Assembly (NCBI GenBank): GCA_973895155.1
Contig: OZ316891.1
Coordinates: 9,363,875 to 9,427,874, forward strand
Direction: 5' to 3'
From: Marsupella aquatica
Lineage: Eukaryota > Plantae > Marchantiophyta
Length of the DNA: 64,000 nt
Both the position numbers and the translations under genes were made by a program. The notes under the pieces are model-generated. The model did not search any database, was not told the origin of the DNA, and saw only the letters and a list, made by a program, of their open reading frames with translations. Positions 47,174 through 59,900 of the stretch are shown here, one piece after another (the stretch's first letter is position 1; each line of letters opens with the position of its first letter).

Positions 47174-47331
47174 GATATCAGGTGGCAATGGCAGAATCAC
47201 ACGCACCCTTTGCTTACAATGATGATCACGTTAAAAGTAGTGGCATCATAATCCTGACACTTCAGAATGAAGCACTCGTGAAGAATGAATCTACCATCAT
47301 TCTACCGTGAGCTCGTGTACAGGCGGTCCGG

Positions 47332-47648
47332 AAGCGCTTCAGTGCTCTCGACAACACTTGACTGTCGAGACGGGGCAGGGGTGGGTAGCGTTGGCAGGGT
47401 CGTGGACTCGGTTTGTGCTCCTGCCCGAATTCAGAACGGACGGACAACGGAAGGAAACACAATTGAGGCAGTCGAAGGAGAAATGGTAGAAAACAATCCA
47501 ACGTCTGGTCAGGGGAATGGGTAGGTCGCATTGGATTTCGTGACGAGCATTATATTGGGTGCCGCTAGTATATTGGGTGCCGCTAGTATATTGGGTGCCG
47601 CTATAGTTTGAGCGCATTAATGCGGTGTAGATTTAACGCAAGCAGGGT
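47332..47648 (-). repeat. MULE right terminal inverted repeat, with an 18-bp triplication (47551-47603)
   Basis: Inverted copy of 33117-33394; TATATTGGGTGCCGCTAG occurs three times in tandem. Confidence 0.92.
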
Positions 47649-49098
47649 CACTCATGCAAAAGCACCCGGGTTTGGCCAAAGCTAGCGCGTGACTGGGCGA
47701 CAGAAACAGCGTGATCAGCTGAGAGCCACCCACAAACTAATCATCAATACAGTAATCATTACGGGAGTAGTGCGTGCTCTGTCCTCCGAGCGACCCAGCA
47801 TTCCAGGATGCCGTGGAATCGTGGATGGATTCGTTCTTCAATGTCCAGGAGATAACTACGAGGAGAGAGTACAGCTGAACCAGAGTTGTTGTCGATTCTC
47901 TCCTCTCCTCTGCCCTCCTCACAATAGGCCTTCCCTTCCACCATCGTCATCATCACTGCTGTCGTCACTCTCGTCAACCCGATCCCCACCCTACCACATG
48001 GTTTCCCCTTCTTCGTCTGCCTCCTCTCTGCTTCTCTTCTCTCGTATGCTTTTGGTAAAGTTCAGCCCCTTCCTCCCCTTGCGTCGTCCAAAGGAAGGAA
48101 GGATTGAAGGAGAGGAGAGGAGAGGAGAGGAGAGCTTGAGGGAATTGTTCTTCGGGAATTCTGTGAGCCATACATTCTCAACAGACAGCCTCTGCTCTGC
48201 TGTGCGAGCAAGGAAAGGTTGAAACTACTGTAGGAACCCTCAAATCTGCTGGCCGAGCAAGGAAGAAGAACTAGAGAAGGTAGGAACTGGGAACCCTTAA
48301 AATCTGCTGTCAGGGAAAGGAAGGAAGAACCTGAGGAGGTAGGAACTAGGTACTACGAACCATTGTTCGGCGCATCCATTCATTGACATGGGCGGAAGAA
48401 TGAACGAGCGGGATTTCTTTCTAGCAAGAGGGCAGGTGTGACCCAGAGGCGGTGGCTTCCTCGCTTCACCACACTGCAGGTTCGCGGGCCAAGCTGAGGC
48501 CGCCTGCACGGGCCGTCCGATGAGGTTAGAATGTTTCAATTAAAACTAAAATCATACATATTTCTGACGGAGACGGTGACTTCGTTCTGAATAATTATAG
48601 CTCCAGAAAAGAAGTATCCTTGTGGGTCAATCTGAAAGAAGCTCAGGTTTGCTTGCCGCTATTGGGTGGAGGCATCATTCCTCCCTGTTGCAACGAACGT
48701 GCATGGGTGGTGCTGTTCGTCGGGGAGAGAGAAAGTGGGTCTGGAAGGGGACGGGAGGCATGTGGAGTACTCAAAGTGTAACTTGTCCTACTGGCCAAAG
48801 CTCCCCTTCGATCGCCAGCGACCTTTCTTTTGGGTAATCTTACCGCATGGTGACTACCTGAGCTGAAGTCCTCGCTGGTTGTATGCATGTGGTCTAGTTA
48901 CTGTGTGTGCTCTGTATAATTCGTATTTGACGCTTTCAAATAGGAGAGGTGCCACCACGGCTGGATAGTCTGGTCGTTGAGACAGGTATACCGGTCAATT
49001 AGGCAAGGAGAGAAGGGAAAAGCGGTGAGACAAAGGTGAGCAGGAGGACCCTGATGGTTTACTGCACAAGGATCGAATTGGAGTAATTTCGGGGAGCG

Positions 49099-52000
49099 AT
49101 GGTCAAAGGAAGGACAGATGATGGGAGCCAACTGCAGGAGCCCCTTCTCCCTGATGGCCTGGGCAGCTTTAGCTCCCAGCCCTCGCCGAGTCCTCCTTCC
49201 AGACAGCATACCTTGGACTTGGAATCTAACAACGTAGACGGAATTCCGGCCGATTCAAACCAAAATCATGGTGGTGTATCAGATAAGCCACGGCTCGAGA
49301 GCCAGGGGTCGAGATATTTCTCGTCTCTGTCAGGCCAGTGGAAATTCAATCCCTCGCAGCATGGGCAGGAAAACTTATCATCAGCAAAGGACGTCCAGAA
49401 GGATAGGGCAAGACGCGCCCAAAGCAAGAGACGTCTGCGAAATCCTATCCAGAAGAAGTCCTTTGTGAGGCGAGCAGCTCATACTGCAGCTAATGAGCCG
49501 GTGTATTTTTTCAAGAATTTGATGTGGGGAGTAGTCTTGTGGCCAAAGTGGGCGTGGGAGGCAATTCGTTCCCAAAAGACTTTGACCATTTTGTCTCTAA
49601 AATCAGGTTGGAGCGCTGATCCTTCCACAACCCATCCAATTCTGAATCCTCTGTATGTCGATCATCTTCAGGGGAAATAGACCCTTCTTTTCCTCCCTGT
49701 ACAATTAAAATGTAGTTGCGATGTGCTTGGTCTTTAATGACATTTTAATAACCTTGCAAATTTAGCTTCTGGCGTCACAGGTCTCTTCTATAATTATTAG
49801 GTACTCATCATTGGCTGATGATTGAGGCCCACAATGTCCACAAGGAATGAAGGGTCGGTTGCAGTGTTTCGCAACATGCAGCTTTCTTGACCCTGATCGT
49901 TCTCAGCGCGCAATAGTCAATTCCCAATTCTCGACACTTCGGCTTGAATTATCACACGAACTACTTTTGCAAATCGTCGGAGAATCAATTTGCTTGCTTC
50001 GTTGTACAAACTACGAGTCATGACGAGTGAGTCGCATAGTAATGCAGGAGCAAAACCTTCAATTCTCAACTCGACAAGGAATTAGGTCTCTATTGATTGG
50101 GACAACTCACTCGCTAACCCTAGTGAGTCGATCATGGAGCAGTAGTCAATTTCAACACTTGGACTTAACTTTTGACACAAACTAAGTTCGCAAAGCCGAT
50201 TTATTTTCGAGAGGAAGCACAAAGAGGGCTATCGTTTTCAACCTGCCACTCGCGGAGACCATGTGCGATAATTGCTGCTCATGGACATGATGCTTGTCAT
50301 TTTATTTAATTGGGCTTGTGTAGTTGATGGGAAGACCTTCTTTCTCTAGGCATGGGATTGCCTTATTACAAGTCGTGCTCTTCTAGATCGAGTTTCTTCA
50401 ACGTGCCCAAAATCTTGTCCTTGCTCGTACTGTCCCTAAGCCTGAACTAAATTGTCGTCAATTTGTGGCCGCATTCATGTAGTGGGGTTCTTGGTCTTGC
50501 AGGAGTCGGTATTACCGTCATGCAATTCTTTTGCTATTTATGTATTTTTTTTCGGTTCCTGATGCTGAAAAACTATAGAGAAGACCATAGCAGGTCATCT
50601 AACATCCTTCCATGTGCTCAGGAATTGCTGCTGGTATTGCTTCCATCATATGTGTTCTCGACCTTCCAGCGCCATATGATGAACTTTCGATTATGGCTAT
50701 TTGGGCCATTGTTACGATTGATATTCTTGCTGAGTCAAATATTGGGCTTTCCTTAAGCAAGGGTGTGAATCGAGTGGCGGGAACTTTCTCAGCTGGAGCT
50801 TTGGCTGTCATTTTAACTCAACTTGGACCTGATGTACCAGAAAGCATATATCCTTACTATGTGGTACAACTCTGTCCTCTGAAATGTTTGCTTTGTTGTG
50901 AAGGATCGTCCTTGTACATTTGGGTTGTTTAGGTTGATCACATGACCGATTTCCTTTGCAAGCAGCAACTGTAGCATCACATATACCTGTGGAAGTTTAG
51001 CATACCATTTCAGTGTCTCCGGATAACCTTGAACATCGTCAGAGCGAAATTCATAACCTGCAGGTGTTACGCACTGTCCATGAAGAGATAGTATCGATCA
51101 TGGACGGAGTTTCAAGTCTCAAAGTTCTGTTGCAAAATGCTAATGCAGATTGCTGTCAAGACATGGCGAAGTTCTATTGCCTTTTGATTGTCCACTTCTT
51201 AGATATAAGATGACACTGACATATTTCGTTTGATGATTTGCAGGTATTTTGGGTCACATTCGGAGGTTTCGTGTTCCGGTTTTTGAAAGGAATACCTCCT
51301 CTAAAAGATCAGTGGGGTTATGCTTTTACTGTAGCAACCTTATCCTTTCACATTCTCCTCATTGGCACCTATCAGGAGCCGGAGAATTTGACGCTACCGC
51401 TAATGAGATTTTTAATGATATTATTTGGATTCTTCTTGTCTTCGCTTGTAAATGTAGTTTTCGAGCCAGTATACGCGGGAGATGCACTCCACAAACTGGT
51501 TGCAAAGAATTTTGACACAGCGGCGGAAGTTCTTTCCAGGTTAGACTCGGTTCCTCTCTCTATGTGGTCCCTTACAGGAGGATGTCGTTCTGCGTGGATC
51601 TTGCTTGTGGTTATCCCAAATGTTCAAGCTGGGTTTGACAATGTATCCACCTCTTGGAATCTGTATTGAGGTTGCTTTCCTTATTCGCGTGCTCCAAATT
51701 TTATAGATTCAGATGATTCATTGGATCTTTGTCTTTTTGCAATCCCTGCAGATGTGTGAAAGAGTACAGTAACTCCACTATGCTAGATCATGTTCCGGAC
51801 ATCCTCTGTGGGCGATCAGAGGATGATAAAATTCACCAAAGCTATCATGAAGTGGTTATGTCAGATTCAGACGTCGACAAGCTGGTATGCAATTGAACTT
51901 TTGAGGAGTTAGTTGACCTTAAGACGTGCGTGAGACTAGAAGAGGATGGTTTTCCTAAGCAGATTTGTTGGAGCTGGAGCAAATTATTAGACGCTTTTCT

Positions 52001-53608
52001 ATTGAGTTTGGAAGTAGCTCTATCTAGATTAGCATCGTTCAGGTTGATCTTGCTGAAGCAAAATAATTAGGTTGGTGTTCAAGGGAGTAAACGCAGAGAA
52101 GGACCGGGAAACCCATGCATTTGATGTATGATGGCTAACCTGTCTGGAAAAATTAGTAGTGAACTGGTTGCTGTTTTTTAACCTTTGTAGAAATGCGCTG
52201 ATCATTTCGTTTTGCAGCTAGGTGCCGTGACATGGGAGCCTTGTCATGGGCGCTTCTTTAGGGGTTATCCATGGCATCTCTATGATGATATAACAGATTA
52301 TCTGCGTTATACATTGTACGATGTTATTGCTCTGGACTCCTGCTTGAGGGCAAGCATACAAGCACCAAAATTTCTGCGGGATATATTCTCTGAGGTTTTT
52401 AACATTTCTGTTCGACTGTCATTTAAATCATTCGATGCAGCGTGGTCTAAAGATTTGGTGTTCATTAGGAACTAGAATGCTGATGAGGTTCTATGGTGTC
52501 CGAGGTCCTCGAGTATTCTTCACTTTGTTAAGTTCTTGAACCTTGATGTAAGGATGTTGTCATATCTCTAGTGGATTTCTTTGATCTAGGACAACTGGAG
52601 ACGCTTTCAACCAGGACTCGTATGATTATTAAAGCCTGGATTATCGGACAAACGCAGGAAATGACTGTCATTGCCGAGGAGTGTGCGATGGTGCTTCATA
52701 CTTTGGCTGATAGTATGCGAAATATGAAGAAGTTTTCTTCGGAGGATATTTTGTGTCGAGCTGAAGAAGCAGCACTTGCACTTCAGAACAAGATCTACAT
52801 TAACACTCACCTCTTGTTGGGTAGCGGTGCTATGGAGTCTCCCAGATACCCTTTTTATGTTGCCTCGAGTCATGCAGATGGTGATCAATGGGGTGTTGCC
52901 GGAAACCCAGTAACTGACAATAGAGGCCAAGAAGAAGACCATTCCAAAGTGGGTCCAAATGATGTGCTTGATAACTGTTCAGACTACTCCGGTCACTCCA
53001 GCAAATCTGGAAAGCATTTTAGGTTCAATTCTGACGAGAATGATGCAAGTCGTCCCAGCTTCCACAACTTTTCAGCACCTGTGCCAGTTGCGCAGCAGCA
53101 GGACTTTGATCAGCTGGAATCTAGCATTGGCAGAAACGTCCAGGACAATTGTGGTTCTGATATCAGAGAGATCGAGCAGACTTTAAACTTATCCCCCGGA
53201 CAACCTGGGCATGAACTGAATCAGAGGTTGGGGGAGATAGATGATCATGGCAAGCAAGGGGCGTCAGTCGAGAGAGGTAAACATGGCTTCCCTCTTCATG
53301 ACCTTCGAGTGCAGACCGGAGCTTCCCAATTTGACCCGGCAGATGGGACCACCAGTTTTGCGAGCAAGATACCAGGGCGACCATCTGCTGGATGGAAGCA
53401 AAATTTTATGCAGAGAAGGTCGAGCTTAGGTCATAACTGGGAAGGCACCCTAGAAAGAATATCTGCTTTGTCACTTGTAAAATTTGCTTCTTTATTGATT
53501 GAAGTAGTTGCAAAAATGAAGTTTATTGTAATTTCTGTAGATGAGCTATGCCAAGCCGCGAGATTTCAAGAGATTAGTACAGAGGAGAACACAGAGAACG
53601 TCCAGTAG
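49099..53608 (+). CDS. ALMT: Aluminium-activated malate transporter / anion channel (ALMT family), 6 coding exons
   Basis: Exons 49099-49606, 50622-50863, 51244-51539, 51752-51884, 52219-52394, 52658-53608 with GT-AG junctions that keep frame. Motifs LSLKSGIA, AIWAIVTI, GLSLSKGVNRVAGT, PVYAGDALHKLVAKNF, WEPCHGRFFRGYPW and LSLVKFASLLIEVVA. Confidence 0.93.
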
Positions 53609-54609
53609 GCTGTTCATGAATTATGATTTTGAACTTCATTCAATTGGTTTTTGTCCTTCCGACCAACAGTTTGTAGTGCTGTTGAGAAGTCTGAGTGGGG
53701 CAGTTTTCCAGCCTACATTGGTACGACTGGGAATGCCACCTGCAGTGCGTTAGCTTTATAGCAATTATGGTATGAATATGGATGGTCTCATAACTTGAGG
53801 CACAAGCAGTCCAGCATTTTAAGATTTGCTGGCAGTGGAAGTTATGACCACTTTGAAGTGATCCTCATCAATCAAATTGAAGGAACCCAACTTAGCAACT
53901 CATTCAAGCAAGTTCTGCCATTTAGGCAGCAGGCGCTGGTTGTGCCTACCTAAAGCTTGTTCTGTGCTACAGGAAAGGGTTCGTCAACTATGAAAGAGAA
54001 ATTCAAAACAGGGGAGAAGGAGACAAACATGAGCTTGAGCGCAACCTGTGGTTGGTGTAGAGATGGCAATTGCAGGAAAATGCGTTTCAATGATCCCATT
54101 CCCAATCCATGTGCCTGTCGAGTGGCCTTCGGATTTCAGATTGTCTAATGTCCTCTGATTTCATGTTGACTACATTCAAAATATTTGTTTCAAGATGCCT
54201 ACGTTCCCCAAATTATCCCCGATCGATCTTCAAGATACTCATCAATCAGTACCAAGAATTGACCTGACCACACCATGGGGGGCTTTCGCAGATAATTTCT
54301 AAGGATACCAACCATCAGTAATTATCATGGAATGGTGCAGACTGTAGGAGACGACAAAGGTGAAATAAGCCGTTCATATTCACCAATGATCCATATAGTC
54401 ATGTGCATGCTGTGATTTGGCTTGTTTCTCGTGGGCCATTACTGTCTGCAATCCATGACATCGATCATGTGTTTTCTTGCCCATTGTTTGGTAAATAGAC
54501 CACTCCCATTTTTTGGCACGATCGGTTATTATATAGTGGTCAGATTAGATGGATGGATATATGTTAATGGGGTTACTCATGAAATCCTTCACAAGAGTGG
54601 GGAGGCAAG

Positions 54610-54846
54610 ATCTTGATGTCAGCCCATGAGACTACAAGGCTCAGAGCTTCATCAGATGACATTCGTATGAGATTAATATGTTGTATAGCCTCTCATAAAG
54701 GAAACACATTGGAGGGGGTTAATCTTGATGTCAGCCCATGAGACTACAAGAATCAGAGCTCCAACAAGAGCTTGTCAGATGACATTCGTATGAGATTAAT
54801 ATGTTGTATAACCTCTCATAAAGGAAACACATTGGAGGGGGTTAAT
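54610..54846. repeat. Tandem duplication, ~112-125 bp x2
   Basis: ATCTTGATGTCAGCCCATGAGACTACAAG...CACATTGGAGGGGGTTAAT at 54610 and 54722. Confidence 0.9.
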
Positions 54847-55872
54847 GGCCGTAGGATAACCCATCGCTCTTAGAGGATTATGGGCTGTATTTCCTAGGGC
54901 TGTTAGCTCGGGGGATTACAACCCACGTACTCCAAAGTGGCCAAGGATTATTTTGTAGACACTAAGTGTATTTTTGTCCTACTTTTCACCAGAAAACTTT
55001 CAACCAAGTCTCTTAACCCTGAGGTAGGGTGCCCAAAATCTCATAACCTCCCTAAATTAGGCTGAGCAAAGAGTTAAGACCATCTCCATGAATTTTTTTA
55101 AATAACTTTCAACTTCATTGCCTTTTTTTAACAACTTTCAACTTCATTGCCACTAAAGATGTTCAAATTTAAAATGTTGCCAGTATTTTTTTGTATATAC
55201 AGATTTACCACGGTTTTCTCATGTGGCTACCTTGGTTACATTGGTGAACTTGCCATGCATATATGAAACGGTGACATATTTATAAATACCAAAAAAGCAA
55301 TGACATGACAATATTGTAAATTGGAACATCTTTAGTGACAAAATAGTTATCTTTAGTGACAGAAAATGATGGTCCCATGGACCACATAGTTGGTCTTTGA
55401 AACCCCAATGAACCACATTTCGCAAAATTTGAGTTTAATTGTAATAATTTGATGTTCATAAATTCAAATAATTTTTTTAGCTTTGAGGATGTGCTAGATG
55501 AGTAGTTAAGCTATACTTCCATCAAAGTGATTGTGATTCTTTTGGCCATTTTGGTTGAATTATTCATCATGGAATCCGGAGAGGCAAATTTTATTACATT
55601 AATTTTCATTGCATTAATATGAAATATTAGGGCTTGTGTGTTTTTGTGTCTCATCCTTCTCTACAGTAGTTGCCTTACCAGAGAAAAACTAAAAATTAAT
55701 TTAGGACTCATAATTATCAAATTATAAGCCCCAAACCCCCACGGACTACCAAATGTGGTTGACGAGAGCATTGTGTCCAACCTGGTGGTCCATACTGACT
55801 TCACTTTCTTAATAAGAAAATACTTAAAAGCTGAAATCTTGAATCAAAATGAAATTCACCAGAAGTTTAACT

Positions 55873-56226
55873 GGGGCCCCCAATCTCGCCTATGACGAGC
55901 AAGACCAGACTAGACCAGAGGCTCCAATCTCGCCTACTATGATCTAGACCAGACTAGACCAAACTAGACTAGACTAGACTAGACTAGACTAGACTAGACT
56001 AGACCAGAGGCCCCAATCTCGCCTATGACGATCATAAGCAGACTAGACCAGACTAGACCAGAGGCCCCAATCTTGCCTATGATGACCTAGACCAGACCAG
56101 ACCAGACCAGACCAGACCCGACTAGAGCAGACTAGACCAGAGGCACCAATCTTGCCTGTGATGACCTAGACCAGACCCGACCCGACCAGACCCGACCAGA
56201 CCAGACCAGACCCGACCAGACCAGAC
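55873..56226. repeat. Compound minisatellite upstream of SEC10: ~25-bp core x5 separated by variable pentamer runs
   Basis: Core GGCCCCAATCTyGCCTATGAyGA at ~55875, 55920, 56009, 56063 and 56142, separated by (AGACT)n, (AGACC)n and (CGACC)n runs. Confidence 0.9.
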
Positions 56227-56919
56227 CTCTCGAACCAAAGTCGGGCGCCCAATTGCCAGCTGTCCGTCGTCGCGTCCGTCCTCCTCCCGTCCGAGGGAGA
56301 AACGCAGTCCGGAAATGACCGGACTGGATCAAACCAGACTGGTCTAACTCAGACTGGAGAAAACCAGACCGGAGCTCGCGCGACTGCACCAAAATCATTG
56401 TTCGGATGCAGACGCTTAGTAATATCGATCAAACTGTTCGATCGGAGCCCTGCCTTTTCTTCCTTCCCGCTTCTCTCGCATTGAAGCAAAACTCCTGTTC
56501 TGTTCTCCACTCTGTCCCTTCCTCTTCAAGCGAAGCCCAAGCGAAGGGGAGTGGAGTGGAGTGGAGAGTGGAGTGGAGAGTGGAGAGTGGAGAAATCGTT
56601 CTCGTCTTCCGTGTCCTTGCTTTGCTCTGCCTGCCTGTGTTGGTACAGCTCGGTCAGTCCGTGCTTTTGGTGGTGCTCCGTCTCTGTTTTTCCTCTGTTT
56701 GCTCCGTCATTCTTCGCGATTCGGGCTCTGGATCGACCGCTCCATCCGCCCCTGGAGCGATTGAGCGCATGAGCGCGCTCGGAGGGAAGGTGTGGCGATG
56801 ACTTGATTCTCCGCACTGAAACTTGAGGTTGGCAATCTTATATCACTCGTTTGTCCAAGCGATCGGTGCCATGGAGGAGATCTGATTTATGTTCTGGTGG
56901 AGGCCGTACTCGTCACGAA

Positions 56920-59900
56920 ATGGCGGACTTCCCGCGGATCCGGAAGGTTAGTGAGTGTCGCATTCCATTCGTTGCGTTGCCGCTTGACGGCGTGATCCGA
57001 GTGCTGGTTTACTGCGGCTTCTTTGCGAACGTAGTAATGTGTCACTGCTGAACTTTTAGATGTGTTGATAAGTTAGCTGCTGTGGAGATATTCGGTCCTG
57101 TGATGGTGCTTGATGGGATTTTGTCAACGCTCCATGGGTACTGGTCAGTAGCTAGCATCACAGGCGAGGAGGGTTCTTCACTCCTGAATTTCGGAGTATG
57201 ATTATGAACTTGGCTCGATTCCAGCTCGTCTGGCTGACCAGTAATTGCAATCGTGTTCCTGGAAGGCAACTGAAAGGACTGATTTTGGAGAAATTAAGTT
57301 ACCTCTGTGAAGGTAGCCGTTGCAATGTGTCATCAAATATTGGAAGCAAGGAATGCGGCATTCTCCGATCATGGGAGTTCCCTCAAAATGCCTAACTGAG
57401 CATTGTCACCGTCCTTCGAAGTGCCTATGAATTGCAGTATTAGGTGTTAATTCAATGTATTTTTCTGGTTCTAAAGAAGCAGGAGAGGGATAGGGAGTAT
57501 GCAAACAAGATATCGAATGTTAAGAAGGGGCCTTCATCGAAGGACTCATCGACAAGCTCTCTCTCGCAAGCCCCACTATTTCACACTGATGAATTTAAGG
57601 TAACATAATGTCCTCCTGAGATACTGTCTTGTCATTTGTTTTTTGCTCTCCCATGGCTTGGGTTAGCCAATTTTCTCGTGGCAAATGTCTTGCAGCCGAT
57701 GTGCAACTGTGGTAGAGTAGTTCCTTCCATTTGCTAAACCATAATCGAGACACCCGACCTCCTTTTACATATCTGGGCAGGAATTTTATTCTTCCTTGAA
57801 ATTTGCAGCTTGACCTTGGAGCCGAGCCTGACTTGCACATCAAGTTTGAGTATTCACAGCGTATTTGTTCTTGACAGGGCACTTTCTCCTTTGATGATTT
57901 CTACAAGAATCTGGTACTGGAAGTGTTGCCACCGGTCCAGGAAGAAGTTCTATCTCCAGGTGGAAGTGAGACTTTCCCAAATGGAAATCTACATAGCAAT
58001 TCGGACGCATCTAAGTTCAGCACACCCGCCGGACCTCCTTTTGCGGAGGCTGAGGAGTTGGAACCTCTTTTCAAAAATGCGAGAAAGGAACTAGTGGATC
58101 TCTGCATCCAAGTATGTAACCTTCATCTGTACTATCATGTTTTCCTGCAAGTCGTTATCATTTATGTTGAAAACTTTGCTCCTGATGCCAGACGATTAAG
58201 TCGTTTATTACTAGTTTGCCCGAAAATTGGTGATTGGTCCGTTATGGTTGTACATCCCTTATGCTCGTAAATATTCTTTACCGCTGGGAACCTTTGCACA
58301 GAAGGCAATACGAGAACTAAATATTTGGAGCAATGCTAAGATAAGTTGAGGCATGTCTCAGGTGGATGCACGCCTTCAGCAATTAAAGCAGGAGGTTTCT
58401 GCCTACGATGTAAAGCATACTCAAAAAATTGGCGAGGTGAGCAGCTTTTGGTATGTTTGCCATCCTCTGAGTATGCTGTCGTGATGGTTCTTCTGGTAAG
58501 TACATAATATTGATGATCTTGCTCAATATGTACTGCCAGAGCTCTTTTAGTGTAGATAATATTTGAACCCTGAGCAAGCTTCACCGGTTTATGGATCCTG
58601 AATGATAAAGATCGAAAATCACCTCAGTCCCAATTTAGTAGGAGAGTGTCCTTGTGTCAAAGTTGCAATCCTTCTGTCCTCAGTGTCCAATGACCCTTTG
58701 GTGGTTCGGCAGTTGGACGCTGGACTGGATATGCTGTTTGAGAGTTTTGGACGGCTTGACTCTCGAATTTCAGGTGTCAGTCAGACCGCTGCCCGGATAG
58801 GTGACCATTTACAGGTACGGCTTTTGAGGTGCTGGGCGCGACTATTTTTGTGCTAATTCCATTGTGCAGGCCCCCTTTCTTAGTTCCTCCAGTCAATTTA
58901 AACTTAATAATGGTTGTAGGATGGGTACCAAAGCTCAGTGGTCACAATCTTACATGTTTGTGGTGAGATTCCTCAGGGTTTTATTAAGGTGAAAGCATAA
59001 GAGGGAGGCTGATGCATCTCATGCCTTCATTCTTTCTCAGATATTTGATTTTCCCTTGGGTTGCAGAATGCTGATGCTCAGAGGGAGGCAGCAAACAAGA
59101 CAATGGAGCTTATCAAGGTCCGGAATCATGCTTCCTTATTGATCAAATTATGTCTAGTTCTGCTTGACAAGCTGGGTATCAATTTCGAAAAGATCGTGGT
59201 AACGCCATGCTCTCATAATCTTGATAACTGCCACGTGGGAAGGGCTTCTTAACTGACCCTTTCTCTTTTGAATGTGTCCAGTACCTGATGGAGTTTAATA
59301 GCAGTCCTGGAGATCTCATGGAGTTGTCCCCTTTGTTCTCAGATGATAAGAAAGTTGCAGAGGCTGCAGCTGTAGCTCAGAAACTTCGTAAGTTGATCGC
59401 CCCATTTGTTTTCTAGAACCTTCAGTTCATGATGTGGAGTTGCTTGGCAGAGGTATAGATGGCATATGACTTTTGGAGTATATGGTGTTCGGCACAGGAC
59501 TCTTATCTTCTAAGAATAGAGACGTTTTTTGCCAGATTGTAACTTGGCTGGACTCAATCGTGGGGCATGTTGCCAGGATCAATTGCTGAGGATGATCTTG
59601 GAGTGCCAGGAGGGACATCTTCACAAATGAAGAATACTCCAAATGCCAGTGTAGGGTTGGAAGTTGCTGTCATGAACTTACAAGATTATTGTAACGGTCA
59701 GTCTGAGTGTACTTCACATTTTCTCTGCCACCTCTGGATACCTGGGATGATAGTTGAGTTTGATGTCAAGTTTGGTGATTCAATATCAACTGCCTTTACA
59801 AAGAGGCCTTCATGGGAGACCTTAACAGAGTCCATTCAATTCGAATTGTTTTTCAGAACTGGAAAACCGCCTTTTGGCTAAGTTCGATGCAGCATCTCAG

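Larger units (their letters stand above)
33117..47648. mobile_element. Mutator-like (MULE) DNA transposon, 14.5 kb including nested copia
   Basis: Long TIRs (ACCCTGC...GCAGGGT) flanked by direct repeat CACTCATG (33109-33116 and 47649-47656); the boundary can slide 1-2 nt to give a 6- or 4-bp TSD. Internal DDE + SWIM transposase and a convergent second gene. Confidence 0.92.

Noticed and set aside
52850-53400. Long low-complexity insertion in the ALMT C-terminal domain
   Set aside because: ALMT proteins commonly have a variable disordered segment at this position.
55873-56226. CRISPR-like alternation of a constant core and variable spacers
   Set aside because: Spacers are simple pentamer runs of uneven length, there are no cas genes, and the context is eukaryotic.
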